Positions 43,601-53,191 are shown, counted from the stretch's first letter. The stretch is 64,000 bases of DNA from an uncultured virus (IMG/VR IMGVR_UViG_3300025313_000005) (IMGVR_UViG_3300025313_000005), one strand, 5' to 3'. Notes: generated by a model not told the origin, from the sequence alone. Numbers and translations: made by a program.

Positions 43601-43758
43601 TTGGTAATATTAAATAGATTACCATGATTGGTAACAGCTAGTGCATTCATATTAAATACTTTAGCTTGATCTATTAGCTCTTCTGTGCGAGACATGCCGT
43701 CTAATAGAGATAGCTCGGTATGTGTATGTAAATGTATATAAGGTAATTGTTTGTTCAT
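40618..43758 (-). CDS. dnaE: DNA polymerase III alpha subunit (family C)
   Basis: HLHTHTELSLLDG PHP domain, GRGSGVGSLVA, FERFL, PDIDVDF, HASGVVI, KFDLL and YLKANFP. Confidence 0.97.
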   Translation of the reverse strand: MNKQLPYIHLHTHTELSLLDGMSRTEELIDQAKVFNMNALAVTNHGNLFNITKFYKQCIDEGIKPILGMEAYTRKDLGIKDKDEKPGHLILLAQNNEGWRNLKILSTRSYTEGFYKKPCIDRNLLAQNNEGLIILSGCLNSDINKAVLAGQFLQADRLIEWYATKFPGRFYLELQPHLHMSDQVLVNEYLLDASKQKGIPAVLTCDSHYVKEQDHELHKIWLMLAQDADESSQYVNWSEGCWFRPGGSIDTIPDSAISITQLIADQCNVEIPLGKTLWPKFPVPSGYKGYDDYLSDLCINKCMEYTSAYNKDTNLYLTRLRKELDTIKQLGFSVYFLLVQDYTSYARCACVPVGSGRGSGVGSLVAFLTGITSIDPIEHNIMFERFLTPGRKSLPDIDVDFSTSGVEKVYKYLIQKYGEDNIARIGTFATVGARQALRDTARILNSKETVISKEDVNSIKDLIPDDPDLDNKALISLEAACEISNDLRDLREKSDSHRQWFKIAESFIGLHRQGSVHASGVVISPDPIHEHVPLYVRNETKISQYDMNVIELSGLLKFDLLRIDQLDVVQKTIEFIDREDITVNTQFPLDDERTYALLRSGKTKGVFQLGTRLMRNLLRDVKPTCFFDVVATVSLGRTAILQAKAHERFIARKNGKEEVDYPDPRLQPILEETYGIILFQDQALQIAVEAAGYDWLEADKLRKILGKKIKSQVQEEKEKFVNGCIANNYSKEVANDLFEKVAYFAGYGFGKGHAVGYGHLSYTTAYLKANFPAEYMSALISVEAEGGTDREKLKELLDDCRDSGLVILSPDINDSLSGFDPVQGTKYIQYGLRALPNVGVAAVREIEKHRPYGSFDEFLEKTRALTASTPRGKGKGRFGSGITKQTIHNLIYAGAFDKFGQRDLLMHQFLILNETVKYKRQALIDVGPTIQPIKQLIVQQYELCMIPYLGIVPKPARPAIATGIVTKKLLNQTSKTNKPYHKVVIETSTSPVQVYAFGYAMKSKVWNEVEVNDIIYTYGNEKDSSDQRVVFANDIVRVPTLTMILT

Positions 43759-43759
43759 T

Positions 43760-43993
43760 TTATATCCCCAAAAGTGCTCTTGCCATTATTGAAGGAGTAG
43801 CTTTATCTGCATCTATAAATTTACTCCTAGATTTATTTGTGGTTATTTTGTCTTTAAAGATGTGATATTGGTGAGTGATCTGTAGATTGTAGTCAGTTAA
43901 TAAGAAACTGGTATAGGTCTTAGCATCAATATGTGGTGTCCATGAACGAACGAGAGTTTTAAAGTGTTTATATTTTATTTCTATATTAGTCAA
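43760..43993 (-). CDS. C-terminal-box family protein
   Basis: ends ATPSIMARALLGI. Confidence 0.6.
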   Translation of the reverse strand: MTNIEIKYKHFKTLVRSWTPHIDAKTYTSFLLTDYNLQITHQYHIFKDKITTNKSRSKFIDADKATPSIMARALLGI

Positions 43994-44041
43994 GACTTAC
44001 TCCTAAAAGTATTCGAATTGTGTATGATGGACCTCTATATA

Positions 44042-44257
44042 TTATAAATTAAGTAATATTTTACATATACTACTTGGTGTGGATATTGTATTATTTTTAT
44101 ATACCATCCAGTTGTCTGGTCTGTTTCTTTCAATACTAGTTGAACATATACTTATCAGCTCTCCATATGCACGAGTACAGAATACACCAGCACCGACTTC
44201 TACTTTTTCTTTTGTAGTAAGTATTTCATAATAAGTTTCTAGTTGTTGAGTAATCAT
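44042..44257 (-). CDS. C-terminal-box family protein
   Basis: ends STPSSICKILLNL. Confidence 0.6.
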   Translation of the reverse strand: MITQQLETYYEILTTKEKVEVGAGVFCTRAYGELISICSTSIERNRPDNWMVYKNNTISTPSSICKILLNL

Positions 44258-44260
44258 AGT

Positions 44261-45436
44261 CTAATCCCTAAAGCCCATACGTTTCTTTTGTTGTTCTACT
44301 TCTATTACTGGTTTATTATTAAGCTTACTATATAATTCAGCTATGGTTTGCGGCTTCTTTATATCATTGTAATTAAGTTCTCGTTGCCTGCACCACTCTA
44401 TGGATTCATCTACGGTTAGGGGTGTAAATTCTATGTTTGCTAGACACCTTCCTGGACGTGATAGGGCTGGATGTATTTTGCTCATAGGTTCATTTGTTGT
44501 CATCAAAAATATAATATGTAGTCCTTGACCAACTAATCCGTCCACTAGATTAAGAAGTCTAGATAGATTTTGGCCTGTACGCTTCTTGGCATCAGATGAG
44601 ATTAATTCATCCACATCTTCTACTATAAATAATGTCCATTTCTTTTCTGTCTTATCTGATAGGCGCTCTTTTAGATGAGCACCCATATCTTCAAGTTCTA
44701 TATCTTCAAGTTCTATATCTTCAAATATATTTCCATCAGAATGCTCGCTGTCTAATACCATCTCAAACATATACGATGGACTGCCAAAAAATGATTCTGG
44801 ATCAACAATATATGATGACTTACACCATGGTGCCCACTGCCGCACTAACGATCTTATTGCATGTGTTTTGCCTGTACCAGGCACCCCATGCAATAAGATC
44901 ATTTTGCCACTGGTGGTTGGTTGTGCTGTTGCAATAAGCAAATCCAACTTCTCTCTTACCGTATGGGGATAGTTACCCTGAATTTGTTCCCATGTTGGAG
45001 CTTCTATCTTGCGTAATCTATTGTTGGTACCACCTGATTCGCTAAAATAACAAAATGACATAGATATCTTAGATGGATCATCGTTTTCCAGTATTGGTAA
45101 TATGTTTATTATTGTCTTTTCTGTTGCTTCAACTATTGCATTGTCTGGTCCAGCTAATGTTATAGAATAGGTATTACCACCCTCCTCTATGTCTAAGTCT
45201 AGTTCTAGAAGAGCGTTATTAATAGAGACCAGCGACCTACAAGTTCTTTTCCCTTGAAAACACGCGAGTATCTTTCCACCAACTCCTTCTAGGAAGGATT
45301 TTAAAGGTTGACTAGATACTCGATGGATCGATTTAACTATGGTTAATTGCTCACTCATTACTCTTTGCCAAAAGAGAGCACTAATATATCTCCTCTCATA
45401 CATTTGAGAAATATCTATTGTATAATCAATACCCAT
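44261..45436 (-). CDS. AAA+ ATPase
   Basis: Walker A GVPGTGKT, Walker B FIVED, LLNLVDG, TTN and PALSRPGR arginine finger. Confidence 0.9.
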   Translation of the reverse strand: MGIDYTIDISQMYERRYISALFWQRVMSEQLTIVKSIHRVSSQPLKSFLEGVGGKILACFQGKRTCRSLVSINNALLELDLDIEEGGNTYSITLAGPDNAIVEATEKTIINILPILENDDPSKISMSFCYFSESGGTNNRLRKIEAPTWEQIQGNYPHTVREKLDLLIATAQPTTSGKMILLHGVPGTGKTHAIRSLVRQWAPWCKSSYIVDPESFFGSPSYMFEMVLDSEHSDGNIFEDIELEDIELEDMGAHLKERLSDKTEKKWTLFIVEDVDELISSDAKKRTGQNLSRLLNLVDGLVGQGLHIIFLMTTNEPMSKIHPALSRPGRCLANIEFTPLTVDESIEWCRQRELNYNDIKKPQTIAELYSKLNNKPVIEVEQQKKRMGFRD

Positions 45437-45941
45437 TTGGGTCCTCCTGTTGCGGTAAGGTTAGTGAATGTACATTTGTAATACATTCCCAAGCAAACTG
45501 TTTGATAGGTAATTTATAATATAACTTATTGTTATCTGGAAAGCAAGCAGATTCGGATTTATTACATAAACCAACTACCTCATTCAATGGTATGCCAAAA
45601 CATATCTTACTTTTATTAGAGTGATATATACTAAAGTATACGGGCATTCTTTGTTGCCATTCAGATAATATGTCTATATCTTGTTGTTTAATCTTAACAA
45701 TTCCATCTCTCCCTACGCCCTTGCCCTCTACAAACACCAATTCCTTGTTAAATCCCTCAACTATAAAATCTGGCATATGTTGAAGAAAACCAGGAAGTTT
45801 TCGGAATGTAATATTAGGACGGTTGAATCCAAAAGGGGTATATTTATAGTTGTGTTGATTACAATACTCAACTATAGCCGCTTCAGACCAATCACCCATT
45901 ATTTCAAATCTACGCCAGAATGGGGCTTTATAATAATTCAT
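45426..45941 (-). CDS. PD-(D/E)XK nuclease-like protein
   Basis: E...MPDFIV...VFVEGKG. Confidence 0.6.
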   Translation of the reverse strand: MNYYKAPFWRRFEIMGDWSEAAIVEYCNQHNYKYTPFGFNRPNITFRKLPGFLQHMPDFIVEGFNKELVFVEGKGVGRDGIVKIKQQDIDILSEWQQRMPVYFSIYHSNKSKICFGIPLNEVVGLCNKSESACFPDNNKLYYKLPIKQFAWECITNVHSLTLPQQEDPNGY

Positions 45942-46457
45942 ACAATAGGTTTCTTACTTAATATTTATCAGTTAAGTTACACATCAACTCATCTATAACA
46001 TCTTGAGCTGTTACTTTAAGTATTGGTGCTTTGAGTGCAATACTATCCTGTGTAATAAATCTCTTAACTTGTTTGTCGCTAACTTGAATAATGCCCTTTA
46101 ATCCAATTACCTGCACAGCATATGTTGCTCCAGGATCTTGTAGTATATTATCTGCTATGACAAATGTTTTGTTATTAATATCACTATCAGCAAATATATT
46201 CATTTTTCCTCCTTATTATATGTTAATGAATACTTTTAAACTTAATATTTATCTTTAGATCTTCATGATGTTTTAACATACATTCAAGGAAAGCTCGTGT
46301 TCTAGATTGTCCACTACCCTCTGTTTTATCTATGAGCTTGCAGTAATATGTATTGCCATCAAAAGATATGTTTACTATATTGTATTGTTCTAGTACGTTA
46401 ATAATATCTATCATGGGTTCAACTCCTATTTTATATATCCTACTAATTACCAAGTCG

Positions 46458-46937
46458 TCATAGTGGTTTATATATCTCATACCTAGTAGCTGTAAAGCCT
46501 TCTCGTGCAGCTGATTTGAGAGCGCGAAGGTTATTGTTAACCACCATACCAGATAGGGCACAACAACCTCTATCCTTAGCCCACAATTCAGCAGTTTCAA
46601 TTAACCTCTTATGAAACCACTTACCTCTATAGTCAGGGCGAATATAAATAGATAATATCTGTGCCTGCATCTTACCTGTGGTATCGTTCTCTTGTTGATA
46701 TAACCAAATATGTCCAATTATATCAGTATCATTCTTAAGAATATATCCTCCAAAACATGTATTTGTATTATTAAATTGATCAGACAATACATGTCGGCAT
46801 CGTTTGGTAAGAGATTCCAGCAATCCTAAGTCCATAACTACATCAAAACTATCATGTAACCACGTGGGATAAGCACATATTATCTGAGATATAATTGCAT
46901 TACTATCGGATTCTTGCATCTCTTGGACAGATATCAT
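46458..46937 (-). CDS. GNAT-family acetyltransferase
   Basis: IYIRPDYRGK...LIETAELWAKDRGC...N..A.....GF. Confidence 0.8.
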   Translation of the reverse strand: MISVQEMQESDSNAIISQIICAYPTWLHDSFDVVMDLGLLESLTKRCRHVLSDQFNNTNTCFGGYILKNDTDIIGHIWLYQQENDTTGKMQAQILSIYIRPDYRGKWFHKRLIETAELWAKDRGCCALSGMVVNNNLRALKSAAREGFTATRYEIYKPL

Positions 46938-47444
46938 GCTCTACGCTCCTTGTGCATTACTGGCCAGACTATCTCTGGTAGTCTGCAAATACTCTCTAGT
47001 ACATTGGCTACTCCATTTCTATCTACTGTATGTTCTTTAGATTCTAGTGTAAAATCTTCTGGGTCATCAGAAAGATATATGATAGGACATATAGATATCT
47101 TCCTACTACCTTCAAGGACAGAGGCACCGCGCTTATTATTAAACTTATATATTGTTTGCATATGCCCACATAATAATGGATGTGGTCTGCGTATAACTGG
47201 TTTGAAGTTTAATACTGACATCTAATTTTTCTTATTGCCTTTCTTTGTTTCCTGATCATAGTGTTTGTTAATGCTTGTGTTTAATACTTTCAATGCATCT
47301 TCTAAGCTTAAATTATTATCCTCACAGTATTCTGCTGCCTCAAGAAGAAGATCCTCCTTTAATTGTTCTACCTTTAGAACTTGTCGGAGGATCTCCTGGA
47401 GCTTTGGATGCTCTATTTGACGGGCTTGTGAAGATGAGGGCTTT

Positions 47445-47540
47445 TTACTTTTTCTTTTTGGCGGGTTTGTTCGTTTTGTTGGCCGCAAATGCTGGTGCCT
47501 TCTTTTTTGTAGTTGTTTTCTTACTTTTTTTAGTTGCCAC
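47445..47540 (-). CDS. 31 aa Lys-rich microprotein, or the 5' part of a frameshifted gene
   Basis: GTG start after AGGAG; MATKKSKKTTTKKKAPAFAANKTNKPAKKKK. Confidence 0.45.
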   Translation of the reverse strand: MATKKSKKTTTKKKAPAFAANKTNKPAKKKK

Positions 47541-47592
47541 TTTCAATCTCCTTTACAAAAGAGGTAGGAAGAATAAATTACTCTTCTTTTTA

Positions 47593-47621
47593 TTTATAAC
47601 ATAAATAGTGAGATTTGTCAA
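47593..47621 (-). promoter_or_regulatory. sigma70-type promoter
   Basis: TTGACA-N17-TATAAA with an extended TG. Confidence 0.6.
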
Positions 47622-48066
47622 ACTAAATACGTACGTCTTCTATTCTATGATTACACTCTGAACACATAGTAAATCTCTTTAGTTTTATGTCAACAACATC
47701 AAGACGTTCCAATTCTAATACTGCCTCACAATTAGTGCAGGTTAGTTTATTTCCTATTTCTGCAAACTCAAATAACGAAACACCATTAGGTATTTGTTTC
47801 ATCGCATACTCCTTGTTTTAAGTTTAATGGAATAATACTATAGCAGCTTGTACAATGTATACTTATACAACATTCTTTGTTTAGTTTATGACGATACATG
47901 AAATAACCCCAATCTTTAAGTTCTAAAACAAAAGACACATTACAATCAGGACAAGTAAATTGTCTACCTTCCCAAAACCTACTCTTACCTTGTGTAATTA
48001 CTTTCATAATACCTACCTTTCTTAATCTATTATATATATAATATAATAATTGTGACTTGTCAAATT

Positions 48067-48921
48067 CTATATAGTAGTACTACTTAGATAATCTAGGAGA
48101 TCAAGTCCCGACTCGGTAATATATGTGTATCCATTTATATTGTTAATACAATCAATGTCTTCTAATTTATCTAGAATAAGTTGATTATCTGTGGTGGATG
48201 CCATTAGAGACAACTGTATACCAGTTAAGCTATTATCGCTAAGCTTGCTTAGTACAGCAATATATTTATTTATCTTGTGTTGCTTATCATAAAGAAGGTG
48301 TTCAGCTAAATTAACAACCTGATCTGGAATATTGGATTTTTCTGTGTAACTATCAAATAAGTCATTTTTCCAGGGGACATCGTGGTTTTGCGGGAAACTA
48401 TAATCTTCTATACGCTCATAGGCAAACGTAGTTTGAGGTTTTACACTAACGGTTCTTAGTATAACTGACCTTATTTGTTCGCTATCAACAAATGCTGGAC
48501 TAATAATTATATTTATTTTCTTATATCCCTTGCCTCCGCAAGGCAAGTCTACCTGTTCAGTTGCTTCTATATTCCCCATATGATTAGTTACTATGGCAAA
48601 TTTGTAATTAGGTAAAACAGTATCATAGTCCATACTGGAAAATTTAGCGGACATAGTATGATGAGAATGTATCATTCCATCCCACTGCCCTTTTTGTTCT
48701 TTTAATAAGCAATCTGCAACTGCAATTTCCTGTTCTGGAAATACTAGTTCGGTAATTTCACGGGATTTATTTACTTTAAATAAAGCAAGTAGCTCTAAGT
48801 CTGGATAAACCTTAGTGGCGTATACCCATTTCTCCCATAGTTTCATTGAGAAATATAGTACATCACTCTGAGCAGATACCCAGTCACAACTTATACATGG
48901 TTTTGTAGCTAATGTCATCAT
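48067..48921 (-). CDS. JAB/MPN (JAMM) metalloprotease, deubiquitinase-like
   Basis: upstream Glu (DLEL) and GMIHSHHTMSAKFSSMD = HxH-x7-S-x2-D. Confidence 0.85.
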   Translation of the reverse strand: MMTLATKPCISCDWVSAQSDVLYFSMKLWEKWVYATKVYPDLELLALFKVNKSREITELVFPEQEIAVADCLLKEQKGQWDGMIHSHHTMSAKFSSMDYDTVLPNYKFAIVTNHMGNIEATEQVDLPCGGKGYKKINIIISPAFVDSEQIRSVILRTVSVKPQTTFAYERIEDYSFPQNHDVPWKNDLFDSYTEKSNIPDQVVNLAEHLLYDKQHKINKYIAVLSKLSDNSLTGIQLSLMASTTDNQLILDKLEDIDCINNINGYTYITESGLDLLDYLSSTTI

Positions 48922-48924
48922 AAA

Positions 48925-49863
48925 TTAATCCTCCGATGTTGTAAAATTAATTTTAAGTTCTCTTATTAGTTCATTAGGAATATCGTCTTCAGTCATCTCG
49001 TCTTTAAAATCTTCAATAATATCGTCTATGAGATTTTGTGGAACATCATGTTTATCCATACGTTCTATATATTTATCAACAACATCTTGAACTCTACTTG
49101 GCAAACTATCAATATCTATATTGTCTAAGTAGCTATCTATTGCGTCATCAAATACCCAACAATCTTCATGGTTACAGTCATCACTGCCATGGTAATCACC
49201 ATCATCAAGTATCTCATCCTTAACATCATCTTTTATCTTATTTAATATTGTTTTCGGTATTAAGGAGGAATTAAACGCAGTTAAAGTACTCATTGGAGCA
49301 GATATAGAAACCTCATTCTCAAACATAGAGTATACAGCAAGTAATCCAGCAAGAGCAGCTTGATAAACCTTTGGTTTATCGCTGTAGTCAGTTCCTTCTT
49401 GATGTTCTTGCTGGGGATCAAAGGTTATTGGTATACCTCTTGTAATTGTAATCCAATCACCGTCATATCCAGCGCGTTGATATTTTATTCGATTGTCTTG
49501 ACAGTAAGTTCTAACTAATCTCTGAATATCTACAGTATCAGTAGCACAAAATACATGTGTAGTATCATTTAATAAAACACTAATGTTATCACTAGATAAA
49601 GCACTAGACATAACGTTTATTGTAAATGCAGGTTTTGTATCGTAAATGGTCTTGCTAAGATATGTTACTTTTTTTGTGTTTCTATCAGTATGTGTTGTAG
49701 GTAATCTTGTAAGATTATTGTCTTCTAATGTATCATAATCAATAAGAGTTAGGTTATTAATACTAGAAAAATGTGAATCTTTCGAAGCTAATGCAAGAAA
49801 GTAAGCAATCCACGATCCAACACCTCCACATCCTATTATTGTTATGTTTGTTGTTTTTACCAT
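48925..49863 (-). CDS. ThiF/MoeB/E1-like adenylyltransferase with an acidic C-terminal extension
   Basis: IIGCGGVGS, IDYDTLEDNNLTR, KV and CATD motifs. Confidence 0.88.
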   Translation of the reverse strand: MVKTTNITIIGCGGVGSWIAYFLALASKDSHFSSINNLTLIDYDTLEDNNLTRLPTTHTDRNTKKVTYLSKTIYDTKPAFTINVMSSALSSDNISVLLNDTTHVFCATDTVDIQRLVRTYCQDNRIKYQRAGYDGDWITITRGIPITFDPQQEHQEGTDYSDKPKVYQAALAGLLAVYSMFENEVSISAPMSTLTAFNSSLIPKTILNKIKDDVKDEILDDGDYHGSDDCNHEDCWVFDDAIDSYLDNIDIDSLPSRVQDVVDKYIERMDKHDVPQNLIDDIIEDFKDEMTEDDIPNELIRELKINFTTSED

Positions 49864-49875
49864 GGTTTAGCCTCC

Positions 49876-50493
49876 TTAAATTAAGACTGCTGTAAGAAAC
49901 TTAGGAATACTTCCTAAAGATATATTTCTTAGATCATCTAATATTTGTGTCCAACTAGATGATAAATCGCAATCATCCCTAAGAGTATGTGCGCTATCTG
50001 TATTATAGATACTTAAAATATTTTCTATGTCAGAAACTCTGTTTTGTAAGTTTTCAGGCTTTGTTGTAAAGACAGTGCTTCCAAAGCAAACCTGATTGGT
50101 ATCTTTATCATAATGAAAAGGCGGAAAATACTCTTTCCAATTATCTGGTGTAATGCCTGGAATAGGCAAAAGCCGTATGCTTACTGGTGGCTCATATATT
50201 ATCATGAGTGGTACTGTTTCTTGCATATGAACTGGAATGTTCCAGGTTACATTATTATGATATATTTTTTTAATAGAAAAGTTTCCAAATGCTATTGAGT
50301 AGATCTGGCTATCCTCAACCTGGTATATACCAGGTTGAGGTAGTGTTATTGTGTTTGTGATGTGATTATTTAAGACTCTCAAACATGTATTGTGCGTCGC
50401 AAGACCGCTTTCTATATCATATCTGTCTTGTTTTTCCTGCTCTTGTACAATAGCATAGAGCGTTTCTACTTCATTATCTTCCAGGTTTAGCAT
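49876..50493 (-). CDS. prokaryotic E2-like (UBC fold) protein
   Basis: PPFHYDKDTNQVCFG (HPN...CL-like) and ILSIYNTDSA (LLxxPNxxSP-like); lies between Ubl and E1. Confidence 0.65.
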   Translation of the reverse strand: MLNLEDNEVETLYAIVQEQEKQDRYDIESGLATHNTCLRVLNNHITNTITLPQPGIYQVEDSQIYSIAFGNFSIKKIYHNNVTWNIPVHMQETVPLMIIYEPPVSIRLLPIPGITPDNWKEYFPPFHYDKDTNQVCFGSTVFTTKPENLQNRVSDIENILSIYNTDSAHTLRDDCDLSSSWTQILDDLRNISLGSIPKFLTAVLI

Positions 50494-50710
50494 ATGTTCT
50501 CAATTCTAGGACATCATCGTGTGCTAGGTCAAGAGGCAGCTCATTCTTATTAACTATTTCACGACCATTAAGGATTACGTCTACGGTAGTAATATTCCTA
50601 GTTTTTAGAGCTTGTTTTAAAGCCTCTAAAAGGGACATGCTCCCGTCATAAGAAATTACCTCTCCATTTATGAGAATCTTTCCTACTTCATTAAAGTCAT
50701 TGATATTCAT
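50474..50710 (-). CDS. ubiquitin-like (beta-grasp) protein
   Basis: 78 aa; SLLEALK helix, VILNGREI, L..DDVLELR and C-terminal KPG-R; AGGAG RBS. Confidence 0.7.
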   Translation of the reverse strand: MNINDFNEVGKILINGEVISYDGSMSLLEALKQALKTRNITTVDVILNGREIVNKNELPLDLAHDDVLELRTYAKPGR

Positions 50711-50726
50711 TATATACTTCTCCTTC

Positions 50727-50939
50727 TTAGTCTGTTATGTACTCATTATTGTCGTCATATTCACCCAATGTTTTCTTAATTACTCTTGGCGCAGGCATAT
50801 TAAAATCAGACAAGCTGATTATTAATTTGGTTATTCCTTCGCATATACTACATGGAGGTGTATTATGACGATTATCTATAGTATTAATATGTGTGGTTAT
50901 TTTATTACAATCACCACATTTATATTCGTATATAGGCAC
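50727..50939 (-). CDS. FmdB-family zinc ribbon protein
   Basis: MPIYEYKCGDC...CSIC. Confidence 0.75.
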   Translation of the reverse strand: MPIYEYKCGDCNKITTHINTIDNRHNTPPCSICEGITKLIISLSDFNMPAPRVIKKTLGEYDDNNEYITD

Positions 50940-50963
50940 GTTATCCTCCTATTTGAAGATAGA

Positions 50964-50988
50964 GGGGCGGGGCTATAAGCCCCGCCCT
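50964..50988. terminator. GC-rich hairpin, probable terminator
   Basis: GGGCGGGGCT-ATA-AGCCCCGCCC. Confidence 0.55.
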
Positions 50989-51382
50989 GTTCTATTTTAG
51001 CGCCGTTCTCCTACATTGTAAGGGAATTGGCCCTTCATGGTTCCCCATGCTTTTACTGCTGCAACTTGAGATGTTGAGAACCCAAGCTTCTCAGCAAGAT
51101 TACTAATAGGGAGAGGCTTCTTCTTGCCACTATTCTTAATAACAGCATTGAAGATTTTGTTCCTTTGTCTGTTTGTGAGCATTATGCTCCTCCTTTCGAT
51201 ACTATTTTTTGTTTTTGTAGTGCAAACTCCTGGCACGCTGTTCAGTATGCCATAAGAAGTTTGCTATTTCATCAGACGGAAAAGAACTAGATGTAACTTT
51301 ATTTACAGGGTTAGATTCTTTTTGTTTTACAAACAATAGATTTATCATCTGCTTTATCCATCTAAACATTTTATTTGATTCC

Positions 51383-52108
51383 TTAGCTTTTTACTTTTTC
51401 TTTTGGCTTACTCGTTGATTCTCCAATCAATTGATTGATTACTTTGCTTACTTCAGATTGTGTTAAGTTGCCTTCTTGTAAACCAAAATCAGCAACTGTT
51501 TTGCTATGCTCTCCTAACAACTTAAACATAAGGTTCAGTGACTTTTCAGATGCTGGAGCGGGGTTGGTGTTATTAGATGTACTGCTAGAGTCGGTAGTTA
51601 CTATTGGTTTTCTATTAAACTTATTAGGTGTTTTAATTGTTGTTACTGGAACTGGGGTAGTTAGTGTAGTATCAGAGGACATCTCTGTTGCGATCTCATC
51701 ACTATCATCATATAGATGTAGACCAATACCTAATTGTGATGCAGCTTTCTTGATAGCATCTGATGATGCTGCTTTATAATCATTACCCAAGTCTACTATA
51801 ATACCAGCCTGGGTCTTTTTAACCTTAGCTGAACCAAAGCCTTGCTTTACTATTGTGGTACCCTCATGTCGAACGGTTAATTCAACAACAACAACTATAT
51901 TACCTTCGTCTGTTGCTGTACTTTCTGGCGTAAAATAAAGTATACGACTATCCACGTCATGTCCAAATACTTCATTTAACCGCTCTAATACTGCATGAGT
52001 GGGGATATAACTAAGAACCTTACCCCCTTTATGTAATTCACGTTTTTTAATTAAACTAGGATCAAATTTCCTATTTATTTTTTCAACTATCTCTTTTGGC
52101 AAAAACAT
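51383..52108 (-). CDS. Rad52/Sak-like ssDNA annealing protein
   Basis: LSYIPTHAVLERLNEVFG...KQGFG...KAASSDAIKKAASQLGIGLHLY. Confidence 0.85.
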   Translation of the reverse strand: MFLPKEIVEKINRKFDPSLIKKRELHKGGKVLSYIPTHAVLERLNEVFGHDVDSRILYFTPESTATDEGNIVVVVELTVRHEGTTIVKQGFGSAKVKKTQAGIIVDLGNDYKAASSDAIKKAASQLGIGLHLYDDSDEIATEMSSDTTLTTPVPVTTIKTPNKFNRKPIVTTDSSSTSNNTNPAPASEKSLNLMFKLLGEHSKTVADFGLQEGNLTQSEVSKVINQLIGESTSKPKEKVKS

Positions 52109-52767
52109 TACGTATTACTTACCTCCTTTTATTTTACTAATATAGTTTTCTCTTTACTACATACCGTACAACGTAATTTAGTACCCTTGCCAGCTTCACT
52201 GTGAACTCTCTGGCCCTTGCCATATCTTTTATCTTGGAATTCGTGTGAGCAATTACAACCATATATTTGTGCTGGCACTTATACATCCTCCTTTCTTTTA
52301 ATCTCATTGCGATCAAGGTTTTCTTGCAATCTATCTATGTCTTCTTTTGATAAATCACCAACCTTAATAGACTTGATATGTATGCCATCAAACAATACGC
52401 TTACAAGAAGCAATATAGAACCGCATCCAAGTATCATCCCAGCTATAACAGCTGGTAGTTGTTCTATTCTACCCCATGTAATTAGTACTGGTGAAGCAGC
52501 AATCGATAAGAGAACTAATACTATCTTAAATATCTTATTCAATAGTTTTCTCCTTCTGGTTTAGCTCTGGAAAGATATCTAACAGCATAACTAATATCCT
52601 ACCCAGGCATTGCATCTCTACTTCTTCTTCGATACAGTTACCTTCTTTGTATGGATGTACCAAACGCTCCAAAGGATACTTGCCATTAATACCCAAGTAC
52701 CAATCTTCCACACCAGCATAAAATATTTCTAATCTCTTGGTTATTGATTTAGCCATATTACACCTTC

Positions 52768-52974
52768 TTATTCAAAAAATTCTTTATTGTAAATACCAAG
52801 TAAAAATTTGACTACAAGACTAGGCGTTGAAATCTCAGCATTTGGCGAACAAGATACCAACTCATAACAATATGAAGTGTCAAGTTTGGTCTTTGCTACG
52901 TGCACACCCCAATGATTAATACCATGGTATATTGATATAGATTGATATAGAGAATTACAGCATTGTTTAATCAT
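52768..52974 (-). CDS. C-terminal-box family protein
   Basis: ends STPSLVVKFLLGIYNKEFFE. Confidence 0.6.
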   Translation of the reverse strand: MIKQCCNSLYQSISIYHGINHWGVHVAKTKLDTSYCYELVSCSPNAEISTPSLVVKFLLGIYNKEFFE

Positions 52975-53191
52975 ATAAACATGGTACTTCTATACCAAAG
53001 AGTGCTTGACATACTATTGCTGGTGTTGTTGTATTAAGACCTCTGCATTTAGGATACATAGCCCTAATCTTATTCATCTCACGGACGGTAATTCTTACCC
53101 GTAAATCTAGATAGTCATCCATAATATCTATTGCTACTACATTGGTTGAAGCTAATGGTGTTTTCATTTGAGTTGGCGCATACCATTCCAA
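52967..53191 (-). CDS. C-terminal-box family protein
   Basis: ends TTPAIVCQALFGIEVPCLYD. Confidence 0.55.
   Translation of the reverse strand: MEWYAPTQMKTPLASTNVVAIDIMDDYLDLRVRITVREMNKIRAMYPKCRGLNTTTPAIVCQALFGIEVPCLYD

Noticed and set aside
18340..43758. Inteins or introns in recA, nrdJ and dnaE
   Set aside because: Lengths are normal and no intein splice motifs or LAGLIDADG inserts were seen
47500..47515. A_AAA_AAG -1 slippery site
   Set aside because: The -1 frame stops soon afterwards; the downstream ORF is in the +1 frame
48925..50710. ThiS/ThiF or MoaD/MoeB sulfur-relay interpretation
   Set aside because: No thiamine, molybdopterin or cysteine synthesis genes nearby, and an E2-like gene sits between Ubl and E1; not formally excluded
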